Assembly (NCBI GenBank): GCA_002269645.1
Contig: NIVC01000012.1
Span: 310,001-374,000, forward strand
Reading direction: 5' to 3'
DNA: 64,000 nucleotides
From: Macrostomum lignano
Taxonomy: Eukaryota
Positions within the stretch are counted from its first letter, which is position 1. Each line of letters opens with the position of its first letter. Of this stretch, positions 1 to 13,031 are shown one piece after another. A program made the translations under genes and the position numbers. Below the pieces are notes generated by a model, which searched no databases, was not told where the DNA came from, and saw only the letters and a program-made list of their open reading frames with translations.

Positions 1-2451
1 TAAGCAACTTCTATCTATAGTAAAACCCTCTAAATAAGCCTAGAACTAAAAAATAAATGAAATTAGGCCAATAGGATTTCGGACCTAAAAATATTTTACT
101 TATTACAAAAAATTACATTAAGTAAAACATTGACAATTGGCATTGGGGCATTGTAATTTTTTTGTAACTAAGATTAAGAAACAAACACAATGAGTCAATG
201 ACAATGCCTTAGCTTACATAAAATTAGTTAGACCTACTTAACGCCAAAGTAGCTTATTAAGTTATTAGAGGCTACGGGCTACGGCTTACGGTACGCCGCT
301 AGATATTGCTAGCTCATTAGATCATAGATTTCTCAACAATATTACATTAGATTTCGTCATTAGACATTCGTTTTTTTTCCTGCAAAAAAAACTTAAAATC
401 TAATTAACTTAAACTACCGTTCGTTAATTTTATCAATAATGTGTCAATACTATTTGTAATGAAAAGTTTTTTGGTTGCGGAATGCATTCAGTCAGTAAAT
501 TGTATTTAAATAGTTACTATTTGTTGTTCTTCTAAAACCAGACACTAAATTTAAGTTAACATTTTCTTAGAAATCTTTTGCTGAACGTCGCGACATATCG
601 CACAGTAAACATTTTTTTTTGTGAATAATAATTCAAAACAATTCATCACGAACACGAAGCAAGGCCAACTGACGAATCTTGGCTACAAAAAAACAATACC
701 TACATTCTAATGATATTTTTTTACTCATTTTACGAATAAAAAAATTTCTTCTTCACTGTTGTCGTGTTGACTCATTTATAGTTTATGGGCATGGCAAAGG
801 TTCTTTTATGCAAGTAATATGCGTTTCGTTCAGCATTGGCCGTGTTGTATAATAAAAGTGGCACACCCTTTTTGAAACTGCTCTAAAATGACAAGGATGT
901 TGTTGCCTAAAAACTATTTTAAGATGGTAGGCCTAGCCTATATTCATATCATTACAACCCTTAGCTTCATTTTAGCTTTAATTTGATCTTTTGATGTTAG
1001 TCTACATACTTATACGAGTATTTATTAAGTAACAAGGCACTTTTTCGTCTGGTAAATTTTGGTGACAGACTTAGGATAAAAGCCTAAGTAGACCTACAGG
1101 CTACATATAAATGATATAGTCAGTATAGTTGCTGAGTTGGGCCAAGATAGACTGAGACATATATTAATTTTATCAGTCTTGGGCACAATTCTGATTAGGG
1201 ATGCCAAAAACTGTCAATTTTGTGGAACTAGTTAACTGGTTTTAAAACCCAGTTTTGGCCAAAACTGGTTTCAAAACTGGTTTACTGATTTTTGCTGCCA
1301 GACCATTCAAAAAAGGTCATTTAGCATGCTCGCTCCATAAAAATATGCTTGAAATTGAGTTTGTATCATATCTTCTTTCTCTAGTATACTCGTCTATCAC
1401 CAAATGAATGGTACATTCAATTTACTATTCATTTTCAACCAGAAATTTTGTTAAGTTTGGTAGTTATTTTCCCATGCAAATGGATAAGACCTAAAGTGGA
1501 ATAATAGGCCTAACTAGAAAAAGTAAATCAGTGCAATAGTACACATGCTTTGCTTTCTCAATTGATTTCATGGTCTCATTATCAATAGAAACTAACTGTT
1601 TAAGGCTATATAAATAATATTATAATGTATTTATTAAAAAATAGAAAATTTACTTTCAAGTTAGAGAAGTTGTCAATAACATATATAGGCCTAGTATACA
1701 CAACACAGACTTATTAGTTGACAGTCAGTTTAAATATTGAATCAAAATCTATTATCTAACCACATAGCAAAATCATATTTATTAATGGCAATAGGTAGTA
1801 CAGTTGATAATTTGATATTAAAATAGATTTATTGTATATTGCTTTGTTTATTTGATCAATATGATTATTAGATTAGGCTCTATTCCTTTTCATAATATAT
1901 ATTTCATCTACAAATTGTGATTCGTGATTAATAATTGATAAATGATGGTTGAATAGATACAAATCTTGCATAGAAATAGTTTGTATTGATTATGACATAC
2001 CATATATAAAAGTGAAAAAACTAGACTCAAACTAGTTTTTTGGTTAACCAAAGGATAAAAGGATTTTGGAGAAAGAAAGGAACTTTATTCTTCTTTATTC
2101 TTCTTTATTCTTTTTTTATTCTTTATTTATTCTTCTTTAGAAAGAAAGAAAGGATTCTATAGAAAGGAAAAGAAAGGATATTGGAATATCAGTTTTCACC
2201 AATTAAGTATTATGCCCAATACTCTATATTATATTAATTAAGGTTTTGAGTATAATTCTATGTTTTGTTTGAAAACCTTTAAAGTGAATATCATTAATAA
2301 ATACTTATGTATCAAAAAGTATAGATCTCTAACTTACTTCTGCAAAGAATTTAGAGCTATTTTATTTGTTATAAAATAAAAAACAAATAAGCAAAGCAAC
2401 ATTGGTATTTAATCAATAGAGGCATTTCTTTTTTATTATAATAACTTAGAA

Positions 2452-2749
2452 CATACATGCGCAACAGTCGGCCGAGTCGGCCAATCCGGCTGACCGATTT
2501 GGCAGCCAACCAAGGAAGTTGCAAAAATGCCCACCTAAAAAGACACCCAAGTAGGTAGTACTAAGTAGCTGATGAGGAATTTTGGCTTAATAAGACAGTT
2601 ATAGTTACTCCTGCCATTTACCTAAAGTTGCGTTAATTTTGCTTTAGGGTTTTTTACATGTAAGTTGCATTTTTGGCCAAAAACTATGTTGCATTTTTGT
2701 TAAAACTAAGTCGCATGGCCAACTGAATTTTGGAGGTTGTGCATGTATG
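2452..2749. mobile_element. Non-autonomous DNA transposon (MITE), hAT-like
   Basis: 14-bp terminal inverted repeats CATACATGCGCAAC (2452) and GTTGTGCATGTATG (to 2749), 1 mismatch. Identical 8-bp direct repeat ACTTAGAA at 2444-2451 and 2750-2757. An 8-bp TSD is characteristic of hAT elements. Confidence 0.75.
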
Positions 2750-4532
2750 ACTTAGAAGCATGATCATGTTAATAATATATATATATATCATTGTGGCCTT
2801 GTTTTTATGCTCATAGTTGTTAGGCATATACATACATTCTATATACATACAAGTCTGCCAATGCTGTACTCAGACACCATTCATGCACACACTCACTTTT
2901 GGCCCTTTCCCCTTGCCATTTTTGTACATAAGTTTCAAATGAATGCAGCCATTTATAAAATCAAATCTGGGCTTGTGGCATGAGACTATGAGAGTTAGAT
3001 GGACTTTGCCACAGACAAAACAACTGAAAACAGTTGTAAGATCGAAATTTTTGCCAATTCCAATCAGTAAAAGGCACAAAGGAGAGTGCTACAAGCAGGT
3101 GACTAGCAACTAATCCATTTGTGACAGTTTTAATAATCTATCAAAAACTGTCAGGGGTGGTTGTAAATAACAGCAATGGGAACACAAATTTGTAATGAGA
3201 AGTTTCAACAAGACAATCAAAAGTTCATGCAGCAAAGACTACTAAGGGGACTGAGTAAAAAAATGGGTCCCATTGAATGCATAGACTAACAGTCACAGTG
3301 GAATACAGTTGTGCTAGCTTAAAGATAAAAGATCAGCATTGGTCTATATGTTTATTAATTAAGGCAAGTCTGCAGAGAGCATAATGTGTTGAAAGCATTA
3401 AACAATTTACTGAGCAGGAGCTTCTCTTGCTAAACTTTTTTTTCACAACAAACTCGTTCTCCTATATGATTAGTTAGTTTTTGCTATGAGCGTCTTTACT
3501 TCCCTAGGGTAAGTGGGGTATTGTAAGGGTATGTATGACAAGTGCAATATTGTCCAGTGCAATTGCTATGATAAAATTGTGAAAGAAAAAACCTCGTTAA
3601 CTATATTACTTACTGAATTTATTCACCGATAGGGGGAGGGCAGGCGGTTCATTCTTGAAACGTGAGTCATTGCATGCCAGCTAGAATCAGCTGGCCTGTT
3701 TGTTCGCTTTCAGGACAATAGAATAGTAGCTCTGCTTGTGTCAACCCTCGGGAGCCAAGCTGCCAAGGGACTACTGGAGACATAGAAGTGGCACTCCCAA
3801 AAATGCGGACCAATTCGGTTCCAAGAAACAGCTTGGCAAGATAGGCGGAGAAGCAAGCTTAGTGTAGGTTTAAAATTAAAAAAAACCTAAATAAACTATT
3901 CACAACTGATATGAGTGAAATTTATTCACAACGAATGTTAGCACTTATTGAAGTGCTCTCCAGACTCCAGCTACATCGATGAGAGAATAGATAACAGGAG
4001 AAAAGAGTGGTGAAGAAAAGAGAGAGATGAGAGAAAATAAGAGGAGAGAGGAGAGAATCGAGAAGAGGGCTGAAAGCTAACCGCACCCAGTGGTTAGCTC
4101 AAAATCTTGCTCCTAAATCATAGTAACAAGAATCATGTCAACAATAGTTCTGGTTGTAATTCATTTCGAATTCTTGGCTTCAACCAATTCAGGTGTAAAG
4201 TTTTTTCTTAACAAACTTTTAATTAACCTCAATGCACTTTAGACGCCTTTTGATCCACCGATCGAGATATTAAATGATTATTGTCAGTTTTTTGGTCAGA
4301 GTACACTATGTACTTTAGCAAGCTGTGTAGCCAAAGTCAATCACTCAGTGAAGTTGAATTTTTGTAAGCCACTAGTAACACAAGCACACAAAAACCTTAA
4401 AAATCGCTTCAAAATAAAAAAGACCTCCATTGGAGACATTTTAATCTCAAGACAAATTTAAAATTTAAACCTACCTGATATTCATGTAATCTGCTACTAC
4501 GCAATTACCTTTTTGAAAGCAAAAAACAAACA

Positions 4533-6352
4533 ATGGTACTTCAATCACTGGGTGAAGCATATTTGAAACGCAGTACAGATGCTCGAGTTTCGCTGCACGG
4601 TTATCTTGTTGGAGTCGGCATGACTCTACTGCCTACCGTGCTAGCCTGTTCGATATTGACCTTTAATAACTATTCAAACTCGTTTCCATGGCAACAGTTG
4701 CTATGCGGATGCCTCTCCGCTGGCCTATTCGCCGCTCTATGCCGTTGGATAGTCGTGCCAGTGAGTTCGTATCCCAATTATTGGGAAAATGGTAAACGAG
4801 CTTTGTTCTTAGGCTGGGCCTTCTCTAGCGGCACTTTGCTGGCTGTCTACTCTCGCGACTATTGGACATTCGGCGTGTACATCTGCTATCTGAGCTTCTT
4901 TCACTGGTCCGAGTACTGGGTGACGGCCGTTACTAATCCTGCCACATTGCGACTGAGCTCCTACATGCTAGATCACAGTCCAGAGTACCATCTGGCTGCT
5001 CTGATTAGTTGGGCAGAATTTTGGTTTGAAGCCCTGCTCGTGCCTTGGTTAAATGTGCGATTTTTTTTATAACTGATTTATTTTGTGTATATTGTTTATT
5101 TGGCTTTGAAAAGAGACGAACTGTCTTTAATGAGAGTTTATACGGGAAGGTTTAATTTTGTTTAGCAGCTCTAACTGAAGGTTTGGAGAGGGTATGAGGT
5201 TCTCTATTCAGTTCAGTGGCCCAAGAAGGATGGGTCAGCTATTGAAGATATTTTGTCAGAAGTGCAGTTAGGGTGACTTTTAGACACAGTAAACAACTAG
5301 CTATTGGTTCAGCCGTATTGTACATAAGCCAGCGTCATTGAATATGTATTTGGCACGCTGAATAAATATATTTTTGTGAAAGACTTGATCGTACTGGTTT
5401 AAGAGGTCCAATAACCGAGTCCTGTCCTAAAATGCATTATAATGCTTCTAAAAAGCTGACTTTCTACTGAACTGTAAGTAGCTTACGCGTAAATTTGCGG
5501 AGTGACCTATCTACTTTTTAATAGTATCTGTGGATTCTACAATGGGGTAACCAGGGGGGAGGGCAAAAGGGTCGCGCCTCTCCCCTTTCACTGGGCTGGC
5601 AAAATTATGGCGCGCCCTTACAGCAAGCTGGCTCCCCTTTGGTGCTGGCGCCCTTGGTGCTGGCGCCTCTGGTGCTGGCGCCTCTGGTGCTGGCGCCTCT
5701 GGTGCTGGCGCCTCTGGTGCTGGCGCCTCTGGTGCTGGCGCCTCTGGTGCTGGCGCCTCTGGTGCTGGCGCCTCTGGTGCTGGCGCCTCTGGTGCTGGCG
5801 CCTCTGGTGCTGGCGCCTCTGGTGCTGGCGCCTCTGGTGCTGGCGCCTCTGGTGTTGGCGCCTCTGGTGCTGGCGCCTCTGGTGTTGGCGCCTCTGGTGC
5901 TTGCGCATCAATATTTGTTTCGCATCAACACCAGTTAAACTGAATTACCCTACCCGCAGTCCTACTCGTTGCCCATAGCAACCGGCCTAGCAATGTGCAC
6001 AGCTGGCGAGCTGTTTCGCAAACTGGCAATGATCACGGCTGGCAGAAATTTTAATCACGTTGTTGAGCACAAGAAGCGCACAGATCACGTGCTGGTTACT
6101 AGCGGAGTGTACTCCTGGGCTCGACACCCGGCCTACACTGGCTGGTTCGCGTGGGCCATCGGCACCCAGTTGTTGCTATGCAACCCAGTATCCATTGTTG
6201 GGTACACGCTGGCCAGTTGGCGCTTCTTTCGCGAGCGAATCTACGAGGAGGAGCGCTTGTTGATTAATTTTTTTAATCAGGCCTACCTGGATTATCAGAG
6301 GACCACTTGGTCCGGCGTGCCCTTTGTTCGCGGATATTTTGTTCGGGTGTAG
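4533..6352 (+). CDS. ICMT: Protein-S-isoprenylcysteine O-methyltransferase, 304 aa; exons 4533-5054, 5960-6352
   Basis: Exon 1 has FFHWSEYWVTA...LDHSPEY; exon 2 has AMITAGRNFNHVV...LVTSGVYSWARHPAYTGWF...EEERLLINFF. These match the ICMT/Ste14 family motifs. Phase-0 intron 5055-5959 (AAT|GTGCGA ... CCGCAG|TCC) joins the two ORFs in frame. Confidence 0.95.
5639..5900. repeat. 15-bp minisatellite (CTGGTGCTGGCGCCT)n, ~17 copies, in ICMT intron
   Basis: Tandem units read directly from the sequence; explains the LVLAP/WCWRL/HQRRQ ORFs. Confidence 0.95.
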
Positions 6353-7184
6353 TTCAACCACGACTTTTAGTAGAAGGACGGCTAGATTCCTTTCTTAGAA
6401 AATATTTGTGAGGCCTTTGTGAACAAGATTCATTTAACATTTATTTTACCAATTAAAACTTAACATTTGGTCCTCCAAATAGGAAGATTTGGCTTAAAAT
6501 CGGCTTTTCTAGGAAATGAATTTTCCCGTCCGATTTTGTTTAACTTGACATTTGCTACTTAAGCACCTATGTTCTTATATTTCTACTTACGTAAGTAGTC
6601 TAATTAGAGTTTTTCCCGTCGATTTTTTATCTGCTCATTTATCGAAGATAAATTTCCGAATATTTGTGTTCATTTTTTTGCAGCTGGATTTTTGTTTTAT
6701 TTATAACTTAATTACATTGAGTGAGCACTTCGTACCGCTATAAACTTAATAAAATAAGACTTGAAACTTAATTCCTCTTGTGCCATAAATTAAATTCACT
6801 TACGTTCATTTGGGGTGAAATGTAGTTTCTCATGCATGGATATGTATCAGTTTTAACTATTTAATTTGTACGGTTTTATTATTCATTTTTTTACAAAAAT
6901 GTCGGTAATCGTGACTAAATAATTTTTCGCATGTAATTTGATGAGCTGTGGCTAGAGTCAAATTACGAGAATATGAATATGAAAATAAATTGCACTAATT
7001 AAATAATTTCATTGTAATTTATTCAAAATTTCTGTTTCCTATTAAAGTAAATACCGTAAAAGTGAAAGTGAATCAGTTTTTGCGTTTTTTTTACTTTCGT
7101 ACGAGCCGTATATTTGATTACGTAGAGATAATTAGATTATTAACACTTGGTTAGTCTTGGTCTCAATGGCCTGCATTTCGAGTT

Positions 7185-7768
7185 TTGGCCTCTGTCTATG
7201 GCTCTTAACCCCTCCCTAAATGTACATGCATTCTATGTCTTTGGCTCTTAGCCCCTTCCCTGAGTGTACACTCATCTCTGTCTATAGCTCTTAACCCCTT
7301 CCCTGAGTGTACACTCATCTCTGTCTATGGCTCTTAACCCCTTCCCTAAGTGTACACTCATCTGTCTATGGCTCTTAACCCCTTCCCTAATTGTACACTC
7401 ATCCCTGTCTATGGCTCTTAACCCCTTCCCTAAGTGTACACTTATCTCTGTCTATGGCTCTTAACCCCTTCCCTAAGTGTACACTCATCTCTGTCAATGG
7501 CTCTTAACCCCTTCCCTAAGTGTACACTCATCTCTGTCTATGGCTCTTAACCCCTTCCCTAAGTGTACAGTCATCTCTGTCTATGGCTCTTAACCCCTTT
7601 CCTAAGTGTACACTCATCTCTGTCTATGGCTCTTAACCCCTTCCTTAATTGTACACTCATCCCTGTCTATGGCTCTTGACCCTTCCCTAATTGTACACTC
7701 ATCCCTGTCTATGGCTCTTGACCCTTCCCTAATTGTACACTCATCCCTGTCTATGGCTCTTGACCCGT
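7185..7768. repeat. 43-bp minisatellite (CTATGGCTCTTAACCCCTTCCCTAAGTGTACACTCATCTCTGT)n, ~13 copies
   Basis: Period of 43 bp checked (7381 vs 7424). Lies between the convergent 3' ends of ICMT and the DEG/ENaC gene. Confidence 0.95.
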
Positions 7769-7813
7769 GTTAAAATGTGCATCTATTAAAAAGTTATTAA
7801 GTCACATTCAGTT

Positions 7814-10543
7814 CTACGAAAAGTCCCCCGCATTATATTGATCTTGTTGTCGTTTTCGATTCCTCTTGCACCGTAGACTGCAGACCAAGTTAACAATCAG
7901 TTCGAGCAATTCGGCCACGCACATGACGGTTATGCCGCTAAATAGTGACAGCAGGCCGCCAACTTGACTAATGTAGCTGGCCAATCCAATGACGTATTGA
8001 TGCACCGCCTTGTTTGACATCTTGTCCGGAAACCAGACGATGATTGTTAGAAAATTCTTTTCCAAGTAGTCGGTTTCTTTGATCAGCTGGCGAGCTTCTG
8101 TCAGGCGATTTTGAGATTTAAGTTTTAACGCTCTCTCGTACGGTTCCAAATGATGCCGAACACGAACTTGAGCGGATGTATTGGCTATTATGCTCTGATA
8201 GATTTCCAGGGCGGTGTTCTTCGTCACTCCGCGTGAGGCGCTTCTAGCCGTGGTGAACTCAAGATAACGGCATGGTTTGGGGCAGCGCCTGTCCAGCTCG
8301 GATTGATAGATATTGTCCTCCTCTGTTGAGGATATGAGGCCTCCGTCGCCCAGCCGTAGTAGCTTATCAACCTGGAATTTAAAATGATGGGCAGATTGAT
8401 GACGTGGCAGTTTTGATGAAGTCAGATGCGAAATCATGCAAATAAATGCTCTCTGGTTCCCACAACATTGTGCGCCTCCAAAAACTCAATAAAGAGGTAA
8501 CCAAGCTCGACGAATGACAGGAGCTATACTTTTGCCAGCTGTTAGGACGCGCGGCATCCACGGGCCTAAGAGATGGGGTAGAGGCACCAACCAAGAGACA
8601 GCGGCGCCCGCCAAGAGACAGTGGAACCCACCAAGAGACAGGGGAACCCACCAAGAGACAGGGGAACCCACAAAGAGACAGGGGAACCCACCAAGAGACA
8701 GGGGCGCCCACCAAGAGACAGGGGAACCCACCAAGAGACAGGGGAACCCACCAAGAGACAGGGGCGCCCACCAAGAGACAGGGGAACCCACCAAGAGACA
8801 GGGGAACCCACCAAGAGACAGGGGCGCCCACCAAGAGACAGGGGAACCCACCAAGAGACAGAGACAGGAGCGCGCTCACCAAGAGACAGGGACGTCCACC
8901 AAGAGACAGGGGCGCACACCAAGAGACAGGGGCGCACACCAAGAGACAGGGGCACACACCAAGAGACAGGGGCGCACACCAAGCACAGAGACAGGGGCGC
9001 CCAAAAAGAGACAGGGACACACAACAAGAGACAGTGCTGTCCAAAATTGCGAGCCTTTTAAGCAAACCATTAATCCGGCATCTTCATCCTACGTCTATGG
9101 TCCGACGTAAGTAGCTTTCGAGAAAGACCCCTCGGTAAGGAACGACTGGAACGACACACTTATAGGCAATGCTGTTTGCGATCTTCTCTTCATACGTCTA
9201 TGGTCCGACGTAAGTAGCTTTCGAGAAAGACCCCTCGGTAAGGAACGACTGGAACTTAATCACGACACAGTGTCTTATAGGCAAGTTTTATCTTCTATAT
9301 ACCTTACCTTCATGATGCATTCCACACCATCAAAACTGTCACTGGCATTGCTCAGAACCGTAGACGAACACGGAGGCAGCTCTGCCGATCTGTGCGACGA
9401 ATTATTGGCTTCGAATTCGTTAATCACCGAGTTCGGGTAGGCCGTGACAGAGCAGTGACAAATTTTGCGAATCAGGTCGTTCCTAGCCAATAGCATGCAA
9501 AGTTGCCGATCGTATTTCGAGCTGATCTCCTCATCGTAGAATTTGAATCTATGCTGCGAAGCAGGCGACTCAGAGCAGCCGCTTGCAAGAACTGTCTTCC
9601 TGGATTTCAATAGCACGGAGTCTTGCATGCCAGGCGTAACGTACAGACCGGCGTCCACAGACACAGGATAAATACCGTGCTCATGAACAAAGACTATTGT
9701 TCCCGTGCGCAGAGTCTCAGTATGCTCGGGGATGCAGTGCCTGCATTCCAGTAGACTCTCTTCTGTATCAAGCAGAACATGAAACGACACCTTGGTGATC
9801 TTCTCCGCTGGCAGGCCCGGATGAATGGTTGCACAGGACAGATAGCCGGGTACAATAATTTTGCGTACGCTGGCGCATTTTTTAATCACGTGTTCGCCAT
9901 CAAACTCAGCGTGAGCGTGGCAACTCTCGCTAAGCACTATGGAATCGTTGGCTTCTAGCATAGTATAGTTCACCAGCTCCTGGTACATGAAGTCAACGTA
10001 AGTTGTCGGATTAAGCAGCTCTCTGAGCAGCATTCTCTCTCTGTCGCTGTCTCCCTGGCTAGTCGATGAGTTAAAGAGCAGCTTGGCCGAGCGAAGAACT
10101 CCGGCCCGATATTCGGTAGGCGATAGCGACAGACCCTCGATGGCTGTCAGCGGCAGCGAGCTGGCGTCGCACACCGTGATGCTGGGAAACTCCGGCCTCG
10201 GCCTCTGCGGTCGCTCCGTGATCACAATGTCGCCGCGACGAAAAGCAATCGTCAGCATGGCCAGATTGTAAAGCATGCCGGTAAGGAAAATTAGCACAGC
10301 CAACGACCAGAGCAGTTTTAGGTGAGCAGTTTTGCTGGATAAAATTCGCGGTAAACCCCGTATGGAGCTCTTGCGAAGACAATCGAGGCAGAGCCGTCTG
10401 ACCAACGGTTCGGCGGACGAATCGTCAACTGTTTGAGGCTGATGCGCTGGTGATGGCTCTTCATGTTGATTCGTTTGATTGGCTTCAACTACGTTATTTG
10501 ACTCAGGCAGTTTGTCTAATGCAATGCTACTGTCTTCCTCCAT
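7814..10543 (-). CDS. DEG/ENaC (ASIC/degenerin-like) sodium channel subunit, 597 aa; exons 10543-9308, 8371-7814
   Basis: Pre-TM1 SSIRG, TM1 LLWSLAVLIF, FPSITVC, Cys-rich thumb (CMLL...CHC...C...RCPKPC), TM2 SYISQVGGLLSLFSGITVMCVAE. Phase-0 intron AAG|GTAAGG (9307) ... TTCCAG|GTT (8372). Confidence 0.92.
8565..9032. repeat. 20-bp minisatellite (CCAAGAGACAGGGGAACCCA / ...GGGGCGCCCA)n in DEG/ENaC intron
   Basis: About 22 tandem units with AAC/CGC variants; source of six overlapping spurious ORFs. Confidence 0.93.
9090..9255. repeat. Exact 63-bp direct duplication (9090-9152 and 9193-9255)
   Basis: TACGTCTATGGTCCGACGTAAGTAGCTTTCGAGAAAGACCCCTCGGTAAGGAACGACTGGAAC occurs twice, 103 bp apart. Confidence 0.92.
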
Positions 10544-12041
10544 GGCTTTATTTTACTTGGTGTTTATAAACTATATTATTGGCATATAGGAGGGATAACT
10601 GTTGAATAAACGAAGTTCGCCAGCTATCTCTGTAGTTGGCTGAGCATAAATTGATGATGCCCAGTGCATGTGCAGACTTCCCGTGCAGTCAGGACTGAAA
10701 TAGGGGCTTAATGATTAATTCGCTGGCATTGGCTGCTCAGTTGAGTCATGGTTACCCAGTTGTGGCTTAAAGGGAGTCTGTATATATCTGCACTCAGCTA
10801 TACCCTGCCCACTAAGTTTTGGCTAATTAATTTTATAGTGTAGATATTAAAGAGACTGTTATACGATTGGTCTACTCGCTTTTTATACCACAGTCATGGC
10901 CTCTCTAACCATTTTTTGGCATATTTACAACGTCCTAAAATCATTTAGGAAACTTTATCCATTTATTAGAGAGTGGCTGTTGCGGCGTGCAACCGTAGCA
11001 TTATAATTCGATGAAAATTAGTCCGGATGTCGACATCCACTTCATCAGCTCGTTTGATGTATAACTGTTTTTTTGGCTTTGTTGACCGAATTACACTGAG
11101 CTGCGCCCTGTTAAAAACCGAATTGCACTCTCATGGGCAATTATACTATTTGCCGTTAATTGGGTCCAGCTAAAACACTCTATTGCATGCTATACTGTCA
11201 GTAGCGTAAAAGGCATTTTTGTTGACCAATCGGTAGGAAAATTCCAACTATTAATTAATCCAGGATTAGTTAACAGAATGAGTATCACTGCCCTTCAAAG
11301 AATATTAAAAAGTGGTGTCAAATCAGACAGATGTTTGCATGTGTGAAGCAGAAGTCTAAACGAATTACTGTCTCAAAATATTTCCGACCAACGTTTCTGC
11401 TACAAAAGCTTCGTTTAGTTGCATGCCAATAGCTTTTAAGATCTAGTCTACGACAGCACTTATCGAATGAAGTAGTAACGCTTTTTCCCCTGAATTACTT
11501 CGGTGGCTGGCTCTGATTCCATGTAAATCTTGTGCTTGTGTGTGTGTGCACATTTTCTGCAAAGTTGTCATTGTAGCCTAGATCAAGTAATATACCAACC
11601 TCTGCTTGCGATGGAGGGGGAGGGGTGCAAAATTCGTAGATAAGCGGCTATGGGCTCGACCGATATGCACTCATTTTTAGCGGCCTCCGCCGGCCTCACA
11701 ATCTGCTCCACCGAGGTTTATCTCGCAAAAAATTTTGTGCACAATCGCCATGAACGACGGCGCACAAACTCGGCCGTCTTCTCCAGAAGCAAATGCCGAA
11801 AAGCTAGCTGAAGTCGCAGTCAAGATTGCAGTGACTCAGCGTTGAGGCATAGGTCTCTTATCTTAGCCCAGAAACTCCTCCCTATAGACCAAACACACAG
11901 GTGGGCTTATATATTAGCCTGCCGGAAAAACTTGGTAAACACCACCTGGGAGACAGTTACTTGGTTAAAATTCAAGCAAGACTGAGGCATTTTATTTTTT
12001 TGTTGCGACAGTCGATAGTCGAAAAACTGCGCTGTGTAACT

Positions 12042-12998
12042 ATGCCGCAGCCAGGCATTGGACTGGTGGTAGCAGTGCTGCTATTTGCACTAGTGGCCAA
12101 TTGTCGTAAGCTTTTTTAATTGTCTACAAAATTCACTTTCGAATTGCAAGTCTTCAGATGTTTGACACTTTAATTTCGATAATTTTTCGATAGTTTATGC
12201 TACATGACTTATTTTCAAATACTGATACTACGACAATAGTTTTTGAAGTGAAGTATTCATTTTCTCTATAGCTACCGAAAAGTTGGTCCTATAAACATGT
12301 CGAACATATAGCTAATTCTGCGAATGTAAAATCAATTTTAGTAATCAATTTCTTGATTAATAATTCATTCTTAACACACCAGACGGGTCGCCGACACTTC
12401 TGCAACCTCTTGGAAACTCGATTCCTCACGATCAACCTGGCGTTGCGTTCACATTTGAACGCGAAGTCACAATATTTGGCACCGCTTATCCGGCCAACAC
12501 CCCGCATTATGTGAGCCGTTGAAAGCTTTATTTGTAGTTTTTGCGTTTCTGAAGACAGCCTGTAAGCTTTCGTCGCATGCATTCAGTACAGTTCTGACAC
12601 TGGTTTCTACTGTGCAAACCATATCACGATCCCTCAATATTTTCAATGGTTTACACACAAATATATACTTTACTAGCACACTAAACCCCCCATGGGGGGC
12701 ATTCAAATTCATAATATTTAATCTAGCTCTTCCAAATCGAATATTTCATCATGGGTTTTTCTGTGTATTTTTTTCTATAACGCGTATCACCTTTAGGCAG
12801 TTTTGTATTTTTCCATACATATCGGCTTTATTCCTCTAGTTTTGTATTTTTCGATACATATCGACTTTATATTCCTCTAGTTTTAGATTTGTCGATACAT
12901 ATCGGCTTTATTTCTGCAGTTTTGTATTTTTCGATACATATCGGCTTCATTTCTCGGCCAGACGGTTCTCAAAAAATCAATTACACAGACAGACACTA

Positions 12999-13031
<33 letters not shown>

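Noticed and set aside
1196-2040. hAT element starting TAGGGATGCC
   Set aside because: No matching right TIR or TSD found.
1-4500. Protein-coding exons upstream of ICMT (e.g. ORF 2870-3079, MARGKGQK-like fragment, VYCAIC fragment near 600)
   Set aside because: No recognisable homology and no phase-consistent multi-exon model could be built.
8379-9110. Six overlapping ORFs in the DEG/ENaC intron
   Set aside because: Products of the 20-bp minisatellite.
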